Positions 37,752 to 47,788 are shown, counted from the first letter of the stretch. The stretch is 64,000 nt of DNA from a bacterium (GCA_021781955.1 JAJXVV010000002.1:74730-138729); one strand, 5' to 3'. Numbers and translations: made by a program. The notes: generated by a model not told the origin, from the sequence alone.

Positions 37752-38141
37752 ATGTTGCTGCGCATGTGCATGGCCAAGATCCATCGAGCCACCGTCACGG
37801 AGGCCGATCTCAACTACATCGGCTCCATCACAATCGACAAGGCGCTCCTCAAGGCGAGCGGCATCAAGCCGTACCAGTACGTGCTCATCAACAATCTTTC
37901 CAACGGCGCAAGCTGGCAGACGTACGTCATCGAAGGCAAGCGCGGCGAGATTTGTCTCAATGGTCCGCCGGCACGGCTTTTCCATCCAGGCGACAAGGTC
38001 ATCATCCTCGCCGAGGCGTGGGTGGAGCCGGATGAGCTCGCAAGGAGCGAACCGACGGTCGTATTCGTCGACAGCAAGAACCGTGTTACCTCGATCAAAA
38101 AGCATCCCACCGCAGCGCAAGGCAAGCGGGAACAGAAGTAG
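37752..38141 (+). CDS. panD: Aspartate 1-decarboxylase
   Basis: KIHRATVTEADLNYIGSITID with the G-S cleavage site; TYVI, ICLNG and GDKVII. Confidence 0.92.
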   Translation: MLLRMCMAKIHRATVTEADLNYIGSITIDKALLKASGIKPYQYVLINNLSNGASWQTYVIEGKRGEICLNGPPARLFHPGDKVIILAEAWVEPDELARSEPTVVFVDSKNRVTSIKKHPTAAQGKREQK

Positions 38142-38191
38142 GGGAACGAGCGCCGCGCCGAGCGCGTATTGTGTGGTATATTCGAGCGCAC

Positions 38192-38276
38192 GGAGGGTTC
38201 GCATAGTGGTCTAGTGCGCCGCTTTGGAGAAGCGGTATACCGCAAGGTATCGAGGGTTCGAATCCCTCACCCTCCG
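38192..38276 (+). tRNA. tRNA-Ser(GGA)
   Basis: GGAGGGT/ACCCTCC acceptor stem, anticodon loop TTGGAGA, long variable arm, GGTTCGAATCC. Confidence 0.93.
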
Positions 38277-38528
38277 CTCGTAGTATCGGTTATCGGGCTT
38301 ATGTCGAGCCCTTGTTTTTAGCCATTTTGTAATTTGGTTCGAATCCCTTTACGGCCGCCCGAAGACTTTTGTATCGGACAGACCCGAAGGCCTTATTCTA
38401 GGCCATTATTACGCAGCACAATTTCAAGAAATCTAGTCTACCGCGAAGGGTAGTGGAGATTGCGAAATCCGATCCAAACGGATAGCGCGGGCTTTTTGTG
38501 ATGACGGACGCTGCGGTATAATCTCGAC

Positions 38529-38987
38529 ATGAACGCCCTCTTCATCTTCTTGGCCCAATACCTTTTCATACTGCCGATCATTGTCCTCGGCGTATACTTT
38601 CTTTCGCGAAAATGGCCCGCGCAAAAACGGATGGCGCTTTTCGCGGTCCCGGCAGGACTTCTGACCTACGTTCTCGGCCTCATCGGCAACTATTCCTACT
38701 ACGATCCTCGGCCATTCGTAGTCGGGCACTTTACGCCGCTCATCGCGCACGCCGCGGATAACGGGTTCCCCTCGGACCACACGCTCCTCGTCTCTTCGCT
38801 TGCGGCGGTCGGCATGTACTGGAACAAGTGGCTCGGCATCACATTGTGGGCTATCGCGATCCTTGTCGCGGTATCGCGCGTGTATGTCGGGCTGCATCAT
38901 CCGCTCGATGTGATCGCAAGTATGGTGTTCGCGATAATCGCGACGGCGTTGTGGCGTATATCATGGCGAAGAGAACAGGTACGGTAG
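38529..38987 (+). CDS. PAP2 family phosphatase (BcrC-like undecaprenyl-diphosphatase)
   Basis: PRPF, FPSDH and SRVYVGLHHPLDV. Confidence 0.9.
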   Translation: MNALFIFLAQYLFILPIIVLGVYFLSRKWPAQKRMALFAVPAGLLTYVLGLIGNYSYYDPRPFVVGHFTPLIAHAADNGFPSDHTLLVSSLAAVGMYWNKWLGITLWAIAILVAVSRVYVGLHHPLDVIASMVFAIIATALWRISWRREQVR

Positions 38988-39124
38988 CCGAACCACAAGC
39001 GTTCATCGCGAGAGGCGTTACCGATCGCAATGCTCTCGTGAAGGCGTTCAATCTGGCCACGGTCAACGACTACGATAGGGCAGGTGATTGACATGGAGTC
39101 AAGTATGAGCTATAGTGGCTCCGT

Positions 39125-39757
39125 ATGAATATGAACGCAAAAAGGGGTCTTATCACCTTATCCATAGCTCTGTTCACGGCGATGCCGGTACTCGCGTTCG
39201 CTCAAGTGGATAACGAAGGCGCTGAAGGTAACTGCAATGACGAGATGTCGGAGTCGATGGGGTGCGGGAATTCGAGCTCAGGTTCCTACGTCGCGCCGTC
39301 CGCCTATTCCTACGCATCGCCTTCGACCTCCTATGCGCCGTCGAGCTACCACTCGGCTTCAGCGTATCCTTCTACCTCGTACACGCCAACGTATCAGACC
39401 TACCGGCCGTCGTATCAGACGTATCAGCCGACCTCATACTCGAGTTACGGAACACCCGCGTCATATTCGTCTTATCCGTACACGACCGGTAGCTACCAAA
39501 TCCAAGGCCAAACTCATGGCCAGTACGGGATACCGACGTCGTACCAGCCGTCGTACTACGGAACATCGATGAATGCAGCTCCGATAGTGACACCGCAGTA
39601 CTATCTTACGCAGCCGCCCAGCACGCGGTCGGTTCCGACCGGTACCTATTCGGGCGGACAACAGTTGTGCCAGTGGTCCGACTATCCGACCCCCACATCT
39701 TGCGGCAGCGATCCACAGCAATGGCTCTACGACCCGTACTCGGGCCAGTGGTACTAG
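39125..39757 (+). CDS. Secreted Ser/Tyr/Pro-rich low-complexity protein
   Basis: Signal peptide (AFA); upstream TTGACA...TATAGT promoter. Confidence 0.7.
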   Translation: MNMNAKRGLITLSIALFTAMPVLAFAQVDNEGAEGNCNDEMSESMGCGNSSSGSYVAPSAYSYASPSTSYAPSSYHSASAYPSTSYTPTYQTYRPSYQTYQPTSYSSYGTPASYSSYPYTTGSYQIQGQTHGQYGIPTSYQPSYYGTSMNAAPIVTPQYYLTQPPSTRSVPTGTYSGGQQLCQWSDYPTPTSCGSDPQQWLYDPYSGQWY

Positions 39758-39871
39758 ACCGAGGTTTGATAGCAGCTTCAGTGAAAGATTGCCCACGATA
39801 GAAGTGTAAGAAAGATACCTCACCCCCGTCATTGGGGGCGGGAGTGGTTATCAGTTGCCAATTTTTTTACT

Positions 39872-40534
39872 ATGTTGAAGAAAAGTATCGCAGTAGTAGG
39901 GGTCATTAGCATGCTCGCCATGGCGGGCGTGGCGTTCGCGCAGTCCACGACGACCGGCACCCCGGCATCCCAGCCGATGGTGCTCGACGTGAACGCCTCG
40001 GGCAAGGTACTCTTGCGCGGCACGGTCAGCGCGGTCTCCGCGACCTCAATCACGGTTAATAGCTACGGCGGCGCCTGGACGATCAACGTCCCGGCTTCGG
40101 CGCAGGTTTTGCCGCAGGGTATCGCGCTCTCGAGCTTCGCGCAGGGCGACTTCGTGGGCGTGCAGGGCACCATCGATTCGAGCGCCGGCTGGACCGTCGA
40201 CGCGACCTTGGTACGCGACTGGACGCAGCGCCAGGCTATCAGCCAGCAGGTGCAGCAGAACGTTCGGAACATCAGGGCGACCGTTCAGTCGGGCCCGCGC
40301 AACTACGCCGGTACCCTGAGCAATCTCTCGGGTGGGGCGTTCACGCTCACGACCTCCGCAGGCGCGACGTACTCCGTCTCGCTCACCAGCAACGCCGAGA
40401 TAGTGCAGAAGAACTACCGCACGCTCCCTCTCTCGCAGGTGCAGAACGGCGACTCGGTGCGCGCGTGGGGCACGGCGGCGAGCTCCTCCATCACGGCATC
40501 CGTGTTCCGCGATCTATCCATTCCGCGACAATAG
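39872..40534 (+). CDS. Secreted protein with two OB-like (DUF5666-like) repeats
   Basis: Signal peptide; GTV..VS..SITV...GD.V.V.G pattern twice. Confidence 0.7.
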   Translation: MLKKSIAVVGVISMLAMAGVAFAQSTTTGTPASQPMVLDVNASGKVLLRGTVSAVSATSITVNSYGGAWTINVPASAQVLPQGIALSSFAQGDFVGVQGTIDSSAGWTVDATLVRDWTQRQAISQQVQQNVRNIRATVQSGPRNYAGTLSNLSGGAFTLTTSAGATYSVSLTSNAEIVQKNYRTLPLSQVQNGDSVRAWGTAASSSITASVFRDLSIPRQ

Positions 40535-40552
40535 CGCGGTCGGTCGTATGAA

Positions 40553-40588
40553 GAAAACCGCCCCGGCTGAAAAGCTGAGGCGGTTTTC
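40553..40588. terminator. Bidirectional terminator
   Basis: gaaaaccgcc...ggcggttttc stem between convergent genes. Confidence 0.65.
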
Positions 40589-40600
40589 GCGTGCACGCTA

Positions 40601-41449
40601 TCAGGGGAATCGCTTCGCGAACGCTGCGGTCGTCGTCGGCGCGTTGATGGCGCTCAGTTCGTAGAGGTGGTCGGACGATTGCGTGGCGCCGCTCCAGTAA
40701 TCGCCGCGCGCGCTCAGAAAACCGGCCTGCTTCACGAGCGCGATGATGTCCGCGTTGTACTGTCCGAAGGGGTAGGCGAACTCCGTGATCGGCACGTTGA
40801 GTTTTTGCTCGAGCAGCGTCTTGCTGCCGTCAATCTCTCCCCAGAGCTTTTTCGGGTCGGTTATCTTGGTGAGGAATGGGTGCGATATCGAGTGGTCGCC
40901 AATCGTCATGCCGGAAGCGACGACTTCTTGCAATTCGCTCCAGCTGAAAAAGCCGCGATGGCCGACCGCGTTGGTGAAGATGAAGAAGGTCGCCGTCATG
41001 CGATGCGCCTTGAGGATGGGGAAAGCGTACTCGTATTGATCGTGCCAACCGTCGTCGAGCGAGATGATGATGGGATTCGTCGGCAGGGGGGTCGAGGATG
41101 CGAAATAGAGCTCGAGGTCGTGAAAGCCGATCACATGGTAGCCGGAGTTTTGCAGGTGCGACAGTTCCGCGTCGAAGATTTCCGGCGTCATCGCGATCGC
41201 GCGTACGGCAGCGCTGTCATCGGGGTAACTCGGACGGACGATGTGATAGACGAGAATCGGGACGACGACCGTTTTCGTCGAGCTCGCCGATGGCTGCGGC
41301 GCGGGGCCGGTGGGCTCTTCGGCGTACTCGCTCTCGTTCGGCGCGCCAAAATCGATCAGGTGGTACGGACCCAGGCGATCGAGCAGAATGAGCGCACTGA
41401 ACGAGAGCGCGAGGATGCCGAGCATGATCATGTATGTTCTCGCGCGCAT
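40601..41449 (-). CDS. Polysaccharide deacetylase (CE4)
   Basis: PILVYH, SLDDG, HSISHP and FAYPFG. Confidence 0.9.
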   Translation of the reverse strand: MRARTYMIMLGILALSFSALILLDRLGPYHLIDFGAPNESEYAEEPTGPAPQPSASSTKTVVVPILVYHIVRPSYPDDSAAVRAIAMTPEIFDAELSHLQNSGYHVIGFHDLELYFASSTPLPTNPIIISLDDGWHDQYEYAFPILKAHRMTATFFIFTNAVGHRGFFSWSELQEVVASGMTIGDHSISHPFLTKITDPKKLWGEIDGSKTLLEQKLNVPITEFAYPFGQYNADIIALVKQAGFLSARGDYWSGATQSSDHLYELSAINAPTTTAAFAKRFP

Positions 41450-41520
41450 ATCGATACCGTATCCTACCGTATGAATGGCTCGACGCATACTTGCCGCCCG
41501 CACCGTTTATACTGTCCTAT

Positions 41521-41793
41521 ATGCAAGAGGTATTGGTGGGCGTGTTTGGCCGGGTGCAGATGGTCATGTTCCGCGATTTCGCGCAGCGCAAGGCGCGCAA
41601 ACTCAAGCTCGTGGGGTATGTCCGCAATTTGCGGGACGGTTCCGTGGAAGTGCTCGCGCAGGGCGAGAAGGTGATCCTTGAGCGTTATCTCGAGAAGCTG
41701 CACAAAGGCCCGATCCTGGCGCACGTGGAGCGCGTTGAGGTGATTTGGCGCGATCCGACCGCTCGATACGACGCATTCACGCTCATTCGTTGA
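41521..41793 (+). CDS. acyP: Acylphosphatase
   Basis: GRVQMVMFR, GYVRNLRDGSVEV and KGP. Confidence 0.9.
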   Translation: MQEVLVGVFGRVQMVMFRDFAQRKARKLKLVGYVRNLRDGSVEVLAQGEKVILERYLEKLHKGPILAHVERVEVIWRDPTARYDAFTLIR

Positions 41794-41796
41794 GCT

Positions 41797-42498
41797 TCAC
41801 GCCCCAGCGCGCCGCGCACGCGAGGCGAGGTCCTCGAACGCTTCCTTCAGGTGGTCGACGGTGAACGCCGGCCACAGCACGTTGGAGAATATGAGCTGCG
41901 TGCCGCGCATCTGCCAAGGCAAGAGCAGGTCCGACCAGTGCGGATCACCCTCGACGCCCGTGCGGATGAGGAGGTCAACGTCGGGTACGTGCGCGGTCCA
42001 CAGGTGCGCGCGTATCGAGGCTTCGTCGATGGCGCCGTCGCGCGCCGCCTCCTGGGCGGCGCGCACCAGTTCGGTCGTTCCGCTGTAGCCGAAGAGCACG
42101 GTAAATGTCTGCGTATGAGCTTTGTTGCGCGCGGCAGCTTGGCGCGACAGTTCGATCAGATCGGCATCATCGGTGAAGTCGCGCCACGCGCCGCAGAGAT
42201 GGAAGTCGGCGCTTTCGTCGGGACGTGACGCCTGGTAGCGCAGCTCTTCCTTGAGCAGTTTGAAAAGATTCTCAACCTCCTGCGCAGAGCGCTTGCGCAG
42301 ATTGGACTCCGAGGCGGCCCACAGCACGACGTGCTCGACGCCGAACCGGAGTGCGGCTTCTGCTATCGTGCGGGCGTTCCTGAGCCCCGTGACATGCCCC
42401 TGCACGACGGGATACCCATGCTGCCGCGCCCACCGTCGATTGCCGTCGGGGATGATGACGAGGCATCGCGGAACGGCTGCGGTACCGCGTGCGCTCAT
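41797..42498 (-). CDS. uppS: cis-prenyltransferase (undecaprenyl diphosphate synthase family)
   Basis: IIPDGNRRWA, DLLIRTG and LWPAF. Confidence 0.85.
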   Translation of the reverse strand: MSARGTAAVPRCLVIIPDGNRRWARQHGYPVVQGHVTGLRNARTIAEAALRFGVEHVVLWAASESNLRKRSAQEVENLFKLLKEELRYQASRPDESADFHLCGAWRDFTDDADLIELSRQAAARNKAHTQTFTVLFGYSGTTELVRAAQEAARDGAIDEASIRAHLWTAHVPDVDLLIRTGVEGDPHWSDLLLPWQMRGTQLIFSNVLWPAFTVDHLKEAFEDLASRARRAGA

Positions 42499-43637
42499 AC
42501 GTCATCGGCAGCGCTGTGCGTGTGCGCGTGCAGCCCGTCCGCGCCGCCCGTGCCCCGCAGGTGTTCGAGCGTGTACGTCGCGATGAAGGTCGTGATCGGG
42601 ACGCCGAGGACGAGCCCGATTGAGCCGATGAGGATGCGCACGAGCTCGGTCGCGAATATCTCGTTGTTGATCGTATAGGCGATGCCGTATGTCGCGCTCG
42701 AGACCACGAGAAGGAGCGGGAGCGCCGCGCCTACGTAGGCGATGGCGAGCGTGTTGACGAGAGCCCCGATGTGCTCGCGGCCGATACGTATCGCTCGACG
42801 GTACACGTGCGCCCGGGTCATGTGCGATCCGGCGCGGTAGAGCTCCTCGACCGCGATGGCCTGACCGATAGCGATATCATAGAGCACGCCCAAGAGACCG
42901 ATCATGATGCCGCCGAAGAGGAGCGCGACGAGGTCGATCGTGCCGTGCGTGTTAAAGTTGAGGTACACGTCTTCCTCGCTGTTGTAACCGCTCAACTGCG
43001 CGGCGTGCACGGCCCAGTAGGCGAGCGCGCCCGTCACGAGCACGGTGCCGAGCATGCCGAGCACGGCGGCGCTCGTCGTTTTGTTGAAGCCGTGCGTGAT
43101 GTACGAGCCGACGATAATGATGAGCGCGGTCGTACCGACGGTGATCCACAGCACTGGATAGCCGCCGAGTATGCCGGGTACGAGCACGTAAAAAATAAGT
43201 ACGAGGCTGCCGAGGAGCGAAACGAAGCCGCGCACCCCCTGCAAGCCGCCGAAGACGACGACGAGCACGAGGAAGGCGACCGCGAGCGCTTCGAGGATGT
43301 TGAGCCGGTAGGGATCGGAGACCGTATAGTAGTCGGTGCCATCGAGCGCATTGCTCGTGTGCCGCAAGTAGAACGTGTCGCCGACCTTGAGTTGCGTGTA
43401 GTCGTTCTCGAACGTCACGCTCTGTCCTTTCTCCGCGCCGTCGAGCACCGTCGCGGTGAGTATCTGCGACTCCTCTTGTGTACCGGTGCCAGCGATCTCG
43501 GTCGAGGTCGCCGCCGATGCGGCGGTGACCTGCGCGAGCTCTATCGTCTGCGTGTCGGGCGTCACCTGTGCCTGTGCAGCGGCGAAGGCAGGGAGCGCCA
43601 ACACGGGGATGGCGAAGAGGAATAGCAGGTTCCGCAT
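42495..43637 (-). CDS. YibE/F family membrane protein
   Basis: IGLLGVLYD and IGREHIGALVNTLAIAYVGAALP. Confidence 0.88.
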   Translation of the reverse strand: MRNLLFLFAIPVLALPAFAAAQAQVTPDTQTIELAQVTAASAATSTEIAGTGTQEESQILTATVLDGAEKGQSVTFENDYTQLKVGDTFYLRHTSNALDGTDYYTVSDPYRLNILEALAVAFLVLVVVFGGLQGVRGFVSLLGSLVLIFYVLVPGILGGYPVLWITVGTTALIIIVGSYITHGFNKTTSAAVLGMLGTVLVTGALAYWAVHAAQLSGYNSEEDVYLNFNTHGTIDLVALLFGGIMIGLLGVLYDIAIGQAIAVEELYRAGSHMTRAHVYRRAIRIGREHIGALVNTLAIAYVGAALPLLLVVSSATYGIAYTINNEIFATELVRILIGSIGLVLGVPITTFIATYTLEHLRGTGGADGLHAHTHSAADDV

Positions 43638-43712
43638 CTGGATAGTATACGCTGTCGCGTGATACCATAAAACTATGGGTCATCGTTACCAGCAAGCTTT
43701 TAGCGTTACCGT

Positions 43713-43880
43713 ATGAGAAAACAAATGCTCCGCGAGATCGCGGGATTTGCCTCGGGGCTCGTCGCGGCCGATTTTTTGTGCGGCTGGTGGCTCTCGTGGA
43801 TCGCGATGGCCGCTCCCGCGTGCCTCTCATACGTGAGTTTTCACCCGGCGCTTTTTTCCTCGCCGCCCCGCCGCAGCTAG
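43713..43880 (+). pseudogene. Short hydrophobic ORF (55 aa), possibly a remnant of a membrane protein gene
   Basis: MRKQMLREIAGFASGLVAADFLCGWWLSWIAM...; only a fragment-sized hydrophobic ORF. Confidence 0.3.
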
Positions 43881-43886
43881 CAAGGT

Positions 43887-46250
43887 ATGCCGCAGGGACT
43901 CACGACCGGCTCGGCAGAGGCGTACATCGTTGCGCACGGCTATAACGAGATAGTTGAACGGAAACAGTCGCTCCTCACGAAGCTGGCGAAGCGTGCCGTC
44001 TCGCCGATCAGCCTCATGCTCCTCTTGGCGGCCGACCTTTCGTATTGGAGCGGCAAAGACTTCGACGCAGGGTTCATCCTCGCGCTGCTCGTCGTCAACA
44101 TCGGCGTCACTATTTTGCAGGAGCGCAAGGCAGATACCGCGATCGAGAAACTCAACGAACATCTCGCGACGACGGTGAAGACCATGCGCGATGGCGCGTG
44201 GAAAAAGCTCCCGTCGCGCCTGCTGGTGCCGCACGATGTCATCGAGCTGCGCTCGGGCGACGTCGTGCCTGCCGACGCGCTCGTGCGCGAAGCCAATCGC
44301 GCTTCGGCAAACGAGGCCGCGCTCACCGGCGAGTCGCTGCCCAAGGAAAAAGGGCAGGGAGACACGCTCTACTCCGGTTCGTTCGTCGCGTCCGGTATTA
44401 TCACGGCCGAGGTGTCGGCGACCGGCAGCGGCACGTACTTCGGTTCGACCGTCGCCAAGGTCGACGCGCGCGAGAAGCGCAGCTCGCTCGAGCGCGAGAT
44501 GCTCCGCATTTCGCAGTTCCTTTCGGTGCTCGCGATGCTCGCCGTGCTGCTCCTTTCCGTTATCCTGTACGCCGCGCACGCGCCTTTCGTCGAGATAGTG
44601 CGGCTCGATCTCTCGCTCGTTATTGCGGGCATTCCCATCGACTTGCCGACCGTGATGACGCTCATTATCGCCTTCGGCGTCGTTGCGCTCGCGCGCAAGG
44701 GCGCGATCGTCCGGCGCCTCGCCTCGCTCGAAGAGCTCGCCAATACCGACTACCTGCTTACCGACAAGACCGGCACGCTCACCGAGAATAAAATAGCCAT
44801 CCAGAACGTCATTGTGTACGCGCAGGCTGCGGAAAACGATGTCATGCGCCTCGCGGGGATCGTCGCGCAACATGAGGCGGATTTCGCGCTCGACAAGGCG
44901 ATACTCGAGCGTGCCGGTGCGATACCGCAGTCCCTTTCGTTCATACCGTCGGACTCTACGCGGAAACGCGCGACCGCGAGCTACGAAGAGAGCGGCCGCA
45001 TCGTCACGCTCTCGCTCGGCGCACCGCAAGTGATCGCGGGTTTATGCGCGCTTTCGCCCGAGGCGAAAGCGCGCTTTGACGTTGACGTGTCCAACCTCGC
45101 CGAGGGTGGCTATCGCGCGCTCGCGCTCGCGCGAGCGGGCGGCGAGCGTGAAGAGGGAATGGAACTCGTCGCAGTTTTCGCACTTTCCGACACGCTGCGC
45201 GCCGATGCGGGCGACGTCGTGCGGTTCTTGGAGGAGAATGGCGTTGGTGTCACGATGAACACCGGCGACAACCGCGCCATCGCACGCGAGATCGCGGAGA
45301 AGCTCAACGTTCGCGGTTCGCGCATCATTACGTCGCAAGATAAGCCAGCGCAAGGCTGGAGCGGGCTCGCCAAGGATGATTTTCGCGACGCGCGTTCTTT
45401 TGCCGAGATATTGCCTGAGGACAAGTACGAACTGGTACGTTCGGCGGAACGTTTTTACACGGTCGCCGTGAACGGCGACGGCGTCAACGACCTGCCAGCC
45501 GTGAAGGCGGCAGATGTCGGTTTCGCGGTCAAGGAGGCCGTTGATGCGCTGAAAGGCGCCGCTGATATCGTGCTCCTCACGGACGGTATCGCGGTCATGC
45601 GCGACGCCTTCATCGAAGGTCGCAAGATATTCATGCGTCTTTACACGTACTCGGTGTATCGCATTTCGGAGAGCTTCCGGCTCATTGTGACGATCGCGTT
45701 CCTCGGCTTTTTCTCGGGCACGTACCCGCTCTCGCCGCTACAGCTCATCCTCATCGCGATATTGAACGACCTGCCCATCATCTCGCTCGCAGGCAATCGT
45801 GTGAAAGTGGCGAACCGTCCGGCGCGGCTGAACGTGATCCGGCAGTTCGGGTCGAGCACGCTCTTCGGTCTTGTCGGTGTCGTCAACAGCTTGCTCCTCT
45901 ACTTCCTGGCGCTCAACTTCTTGCGCCTGCCGCTTTCGGTGGTGCAGACGCTCTTTTTCCTCAAGCTCACCATTTCCGGGCACATGCTCATCTATGTTGC
46001 ACACACCGAGGAGCGCTGGTGGCGCTATCTGCCGAGTTCGGCCGTCATCATCGCGACCTCGGCGACACAGGCCATCGCGACTCTCTTCGCGATAACGGGA
46101 TGGCTCATGCCCGCGCCGATATCCTGGCCGCTCGCGGTCTTCGTGTGGGCGTGGGCGTTCTTCTTCATGCAGATCACCGAAGCCACCAAGCTTGCGCGCG
46201 AGCGCCTCTCCGCACCGTCGACTCCGACCACTCAACCCGCGACTGTCTAG
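43887..46250 (+). CDS. P-type ATPase, P3A (plasma-membrane H+ efflux)-like
   Basis: LTGESLP, GIPIDLP, DKTGTLT, TGDN, GDGVND and LNDLP. Confidence 0.88.
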   Translation: MPQGLTTGSAEAYIVAHGYNEIVERKQSLLTKLAKRAVSPISLMLLLAADLSYWSGKDFDAGFILALLVVNIGVTILQERKADTAIEKLNEHLATTVKTMRDGAWKKLPSRLLVPHDVIELRSGDVVPADALVREANRASANEAALTGESLPKEKGQGDTLYSGSFVASGIITAEVSATGSGTYFGSTVAKVDAREKRSSLEREMLRISQFLSVLAMLAVLLLSVILYAAHAPFVEIVRLDLSLVIAGIPIDLPTVMTLIIAFGVVALARKGAIVRRLASLEELANTDYLLTDKTGTLTENKIAIQNVIVYAQAAENDVMRLAGIVAQHEADFALDKAILERAGAIPQSLSFIPSDSTRKRATASYEESGRIVTLSLGAPQVIAGLCALSPEAKARFDVDVSNLAEGGYRALALARAGGEREEGMELVAVFALSDTLRADAGDVVRFLEENGVGVTMNTGDNRAIAREIAEKLNVRGSRIITSQDKPAQGWSGLAKDDFRDARSFAEILPEDKYELVRSAERFYTVAVNGDGVNDLPAVKAADVGFAVKEAVDALKGAADIVLLTDGIAVMRDAFIEGRKIFMRLYTYSVYRISESFRLIVTIAFLGFFSGTYPLSPLQLILIAILNDLPIISLAGNRVKVANRPARLNVIRQFGSSTLFGLVGVVNSLLLYFLALNFLRLPLSVVQTLFFLKLTISGHMLIYVAHTEERWWRYLPSSAVIIATSATQAIATLFAITGWLMPAPISWPLAVFVWAWAFFFMQITEATKLARERLSAPSTPTTQPATV

Positions 46251-46253
46251 CGG

Positions 46254-46354
46254 TTATCCACAGCGAGGTACAGAGGACCGTCCTCTGGGGGAAGAGTCAG
46301 TACGTTTCGTCGAAGGTGAATTATCCACAGATTTGTACAGAGGACCGTCCTCTG
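46254..46354 (+). repeat. Two tandem composite repeats TTATCCACA-N8-CAGAGGACCGTCCTCTG
   Basis: Boxes at 46254 and 46321, palindromes at 46271 and 46338 (67-bp period). Confidence 0.9.
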
Positions 46355-46429
46355 GGGAGCGCGCGTTCGAATGACCTGTGCACATGAGCGCCTGGACGCG
46401 CACTCGCGCGCGGCTATGATAGAGGGACT

Positions 46430-46897
46430 ATGACGCTGATAGGCATCGCTCCGATCATCGCCGCAGGTATCGCGTCGGTCGTTCTCGCGTGGTTGTGGTA
46501 CGCGCCGTTCGTGTTCGGCGGCATCTGGATGCGCGCGGCCAATGTCACGCCGGAAATGGCGGAAAAGGGGAAGAAGCGCATGCACCTCAACTCGCTCGTC
46601 GCGCTCGTGGGCAGCATGCTCATCGCGTGGGTGATGGGATACGTCGGGACGCTCCTCAACGTGTACGACTGGTTCGGCGCGATCGAACTCGGCTTTTGGT
46701 GCTGGCTCGGCTTCACTGCCGCCCCGATGCTCGGCCTGGTGCTGTGGGAGCAGCGGCCGTTGCGGTACTACTTCATCGTCGCTGGGTACTGGCTCGTTGC
46801 GTTCATCGTGATGGCGCTCGTTTTGGTCGTTGGCACGCAGCTCATGTCCGGAGGCTTCTCGCAGTACGAGACCGGCGTGGTCACGACGTCGTCTTAG
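46430..46897 (+). CDS. DUF1761 membrane protein
   Basis: WLWYAPFVFGGIW...WLGF...LWE...GY pattern. Confidence 0.8.
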   Translation: MTLIGIAPIIAAGIASVVLAWLWYAPFVFGGIWMRAANVTPEMAEKGKKRMHLNSLVALVGSMLIAWVMGYVGTLLNVYDWFGAIELGFWCWLGFTAAPMLGLVLWEQRPLRYYFIVAGYWLVAFIVMALVLVVGTQLMSGGFSQYETGVVTTSS

Positions 46898-46910
46898 GCG
46901 GCTTCCTTCT

Positions 46911-47381
46911 ATGCGTACCCTCCGCGCGATCGCGTTCTATTCGGTGCTCGTGCTTGTCGTGGTCGGCTCGTTCGTCGGATGGTGGATATCATTGTCGCCA
47001 CTGCGCTCGAGCGGCGGGCTTTCGGGCGGCCTGCAAGAGGTCACGCTCGACGGGCAGCTCATCCATGTGACGGTCGCCGATACGCCGGCGGCACGCGCGC
47101 AAGGCCTCGGTGGTCGCGGTGGTTTGGCCTACGACGAAGGCATGCTCTTCGTCTTCGATCAGGACGGCAAGTATTCCTTTTGGATGAAGGACATGTTCTT
47201 CTCGATCGACATGCTCTGGCTCGACGCGGATGGCCGCATCGTCTACATGGCGCAGAGCGTATCGCCGCAAACATACCCGGAAACCTTTACGCCCGACACG
47301 CCTGCGCGCTATGTGCTTGAATTGCCAGCCGGCTACGCGGCGGCAAATCACGTACAGGTAGGCGATCAAGTGCAAATGTAG
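46911..47381 (+). CDS. DUF192 family protein
   Basis: VADTP..RAQGL, GMLFVF, FWMKDM and YVLELPAG. Confidence 0.9.
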   Translation: MRTLRAIAFYSVLVLVVVGSFVGWWISLSPLRSSGGLSGGLQEVTLDGQLIHVTVADTPAARAQGLGGRGGLAYDEGMLFVFDQDGKYSFWMKDMFFSIDMLWLDADGRIVYMAQSVSPQTYPETFTPDTPARYVLELPAGYAAANHVQVGDQVQM

Positions 47382-47402
47382 GCTTTTCATGGCATAATGC
47401 GC

Positions 47403-47740
47403 GCCTGCGTTAGGCAGTCGCTCCGACCTGGCGTCGGAGAGGAAAGTCCGGACACGCACTTCGACGCTCGTCGGAGTAGCAGGGTAGCGGGTAACGCCCG
47501 CCTGGGTGATCCAAGGGATGCGAACAGAGACGCCCGAGCCGAGAGGCAAGGGACTCCGCGAGGAGTAGCTCATGCGGGAACGCATGAGGTGCAACGGCAA
47601 AATTCCTACCCGCGTGCAAGGCCGTGTCCAGCTGTCATTCTCAATTGAAATGACCGCTGGAAGTGCCGCTCGAGGTGAACGGCGACGTTCATCCCAGATA
47701 AATGATTGCCCTCGACAGAATCCGGCTTACAAATGCAGAT
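47403..47740 (+). ncRNA. rnpB: RNase P RNA
   Basis: GAGGAAAGTCCGG near the 5' end, GGTGCAACGG, and CAGAATCCGGCTTA at the 3' end; ends approximate. Confidence 0.93.
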
Positions 47741-47744
47741 GCAA

Positions 47745-47772
47745 AACCCGCCTCTCGGCGGGCTTTGTTTTT
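47745..47772 (+). terminator. Terminator after rnpB
   Basis: cccgcc-tctc-ggcggg followed by ctttgttttt. Confidence 0.65.
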
Positions 47773-47788
47773 ATGGCACAATAGGCCG

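Noticed and set aside
38277-40540. Prophage or integrative element at tRNA-Ser
   Set aside because: No integrase, phage or transposase genes; only a 13-bp scar
46254-46329. Replication origin (DnaA boxes)
   Set aside because: Only two boxes, no AT-rich unwinding element, and no dnaA/dnaN nearby
46254-46360. CRISPR array (palindromic repeat at 67-bp period)
   Set aside because: Only two units, with a variable internal 8 nt, the same motif dispersed singly elsewhere, and no cas genes
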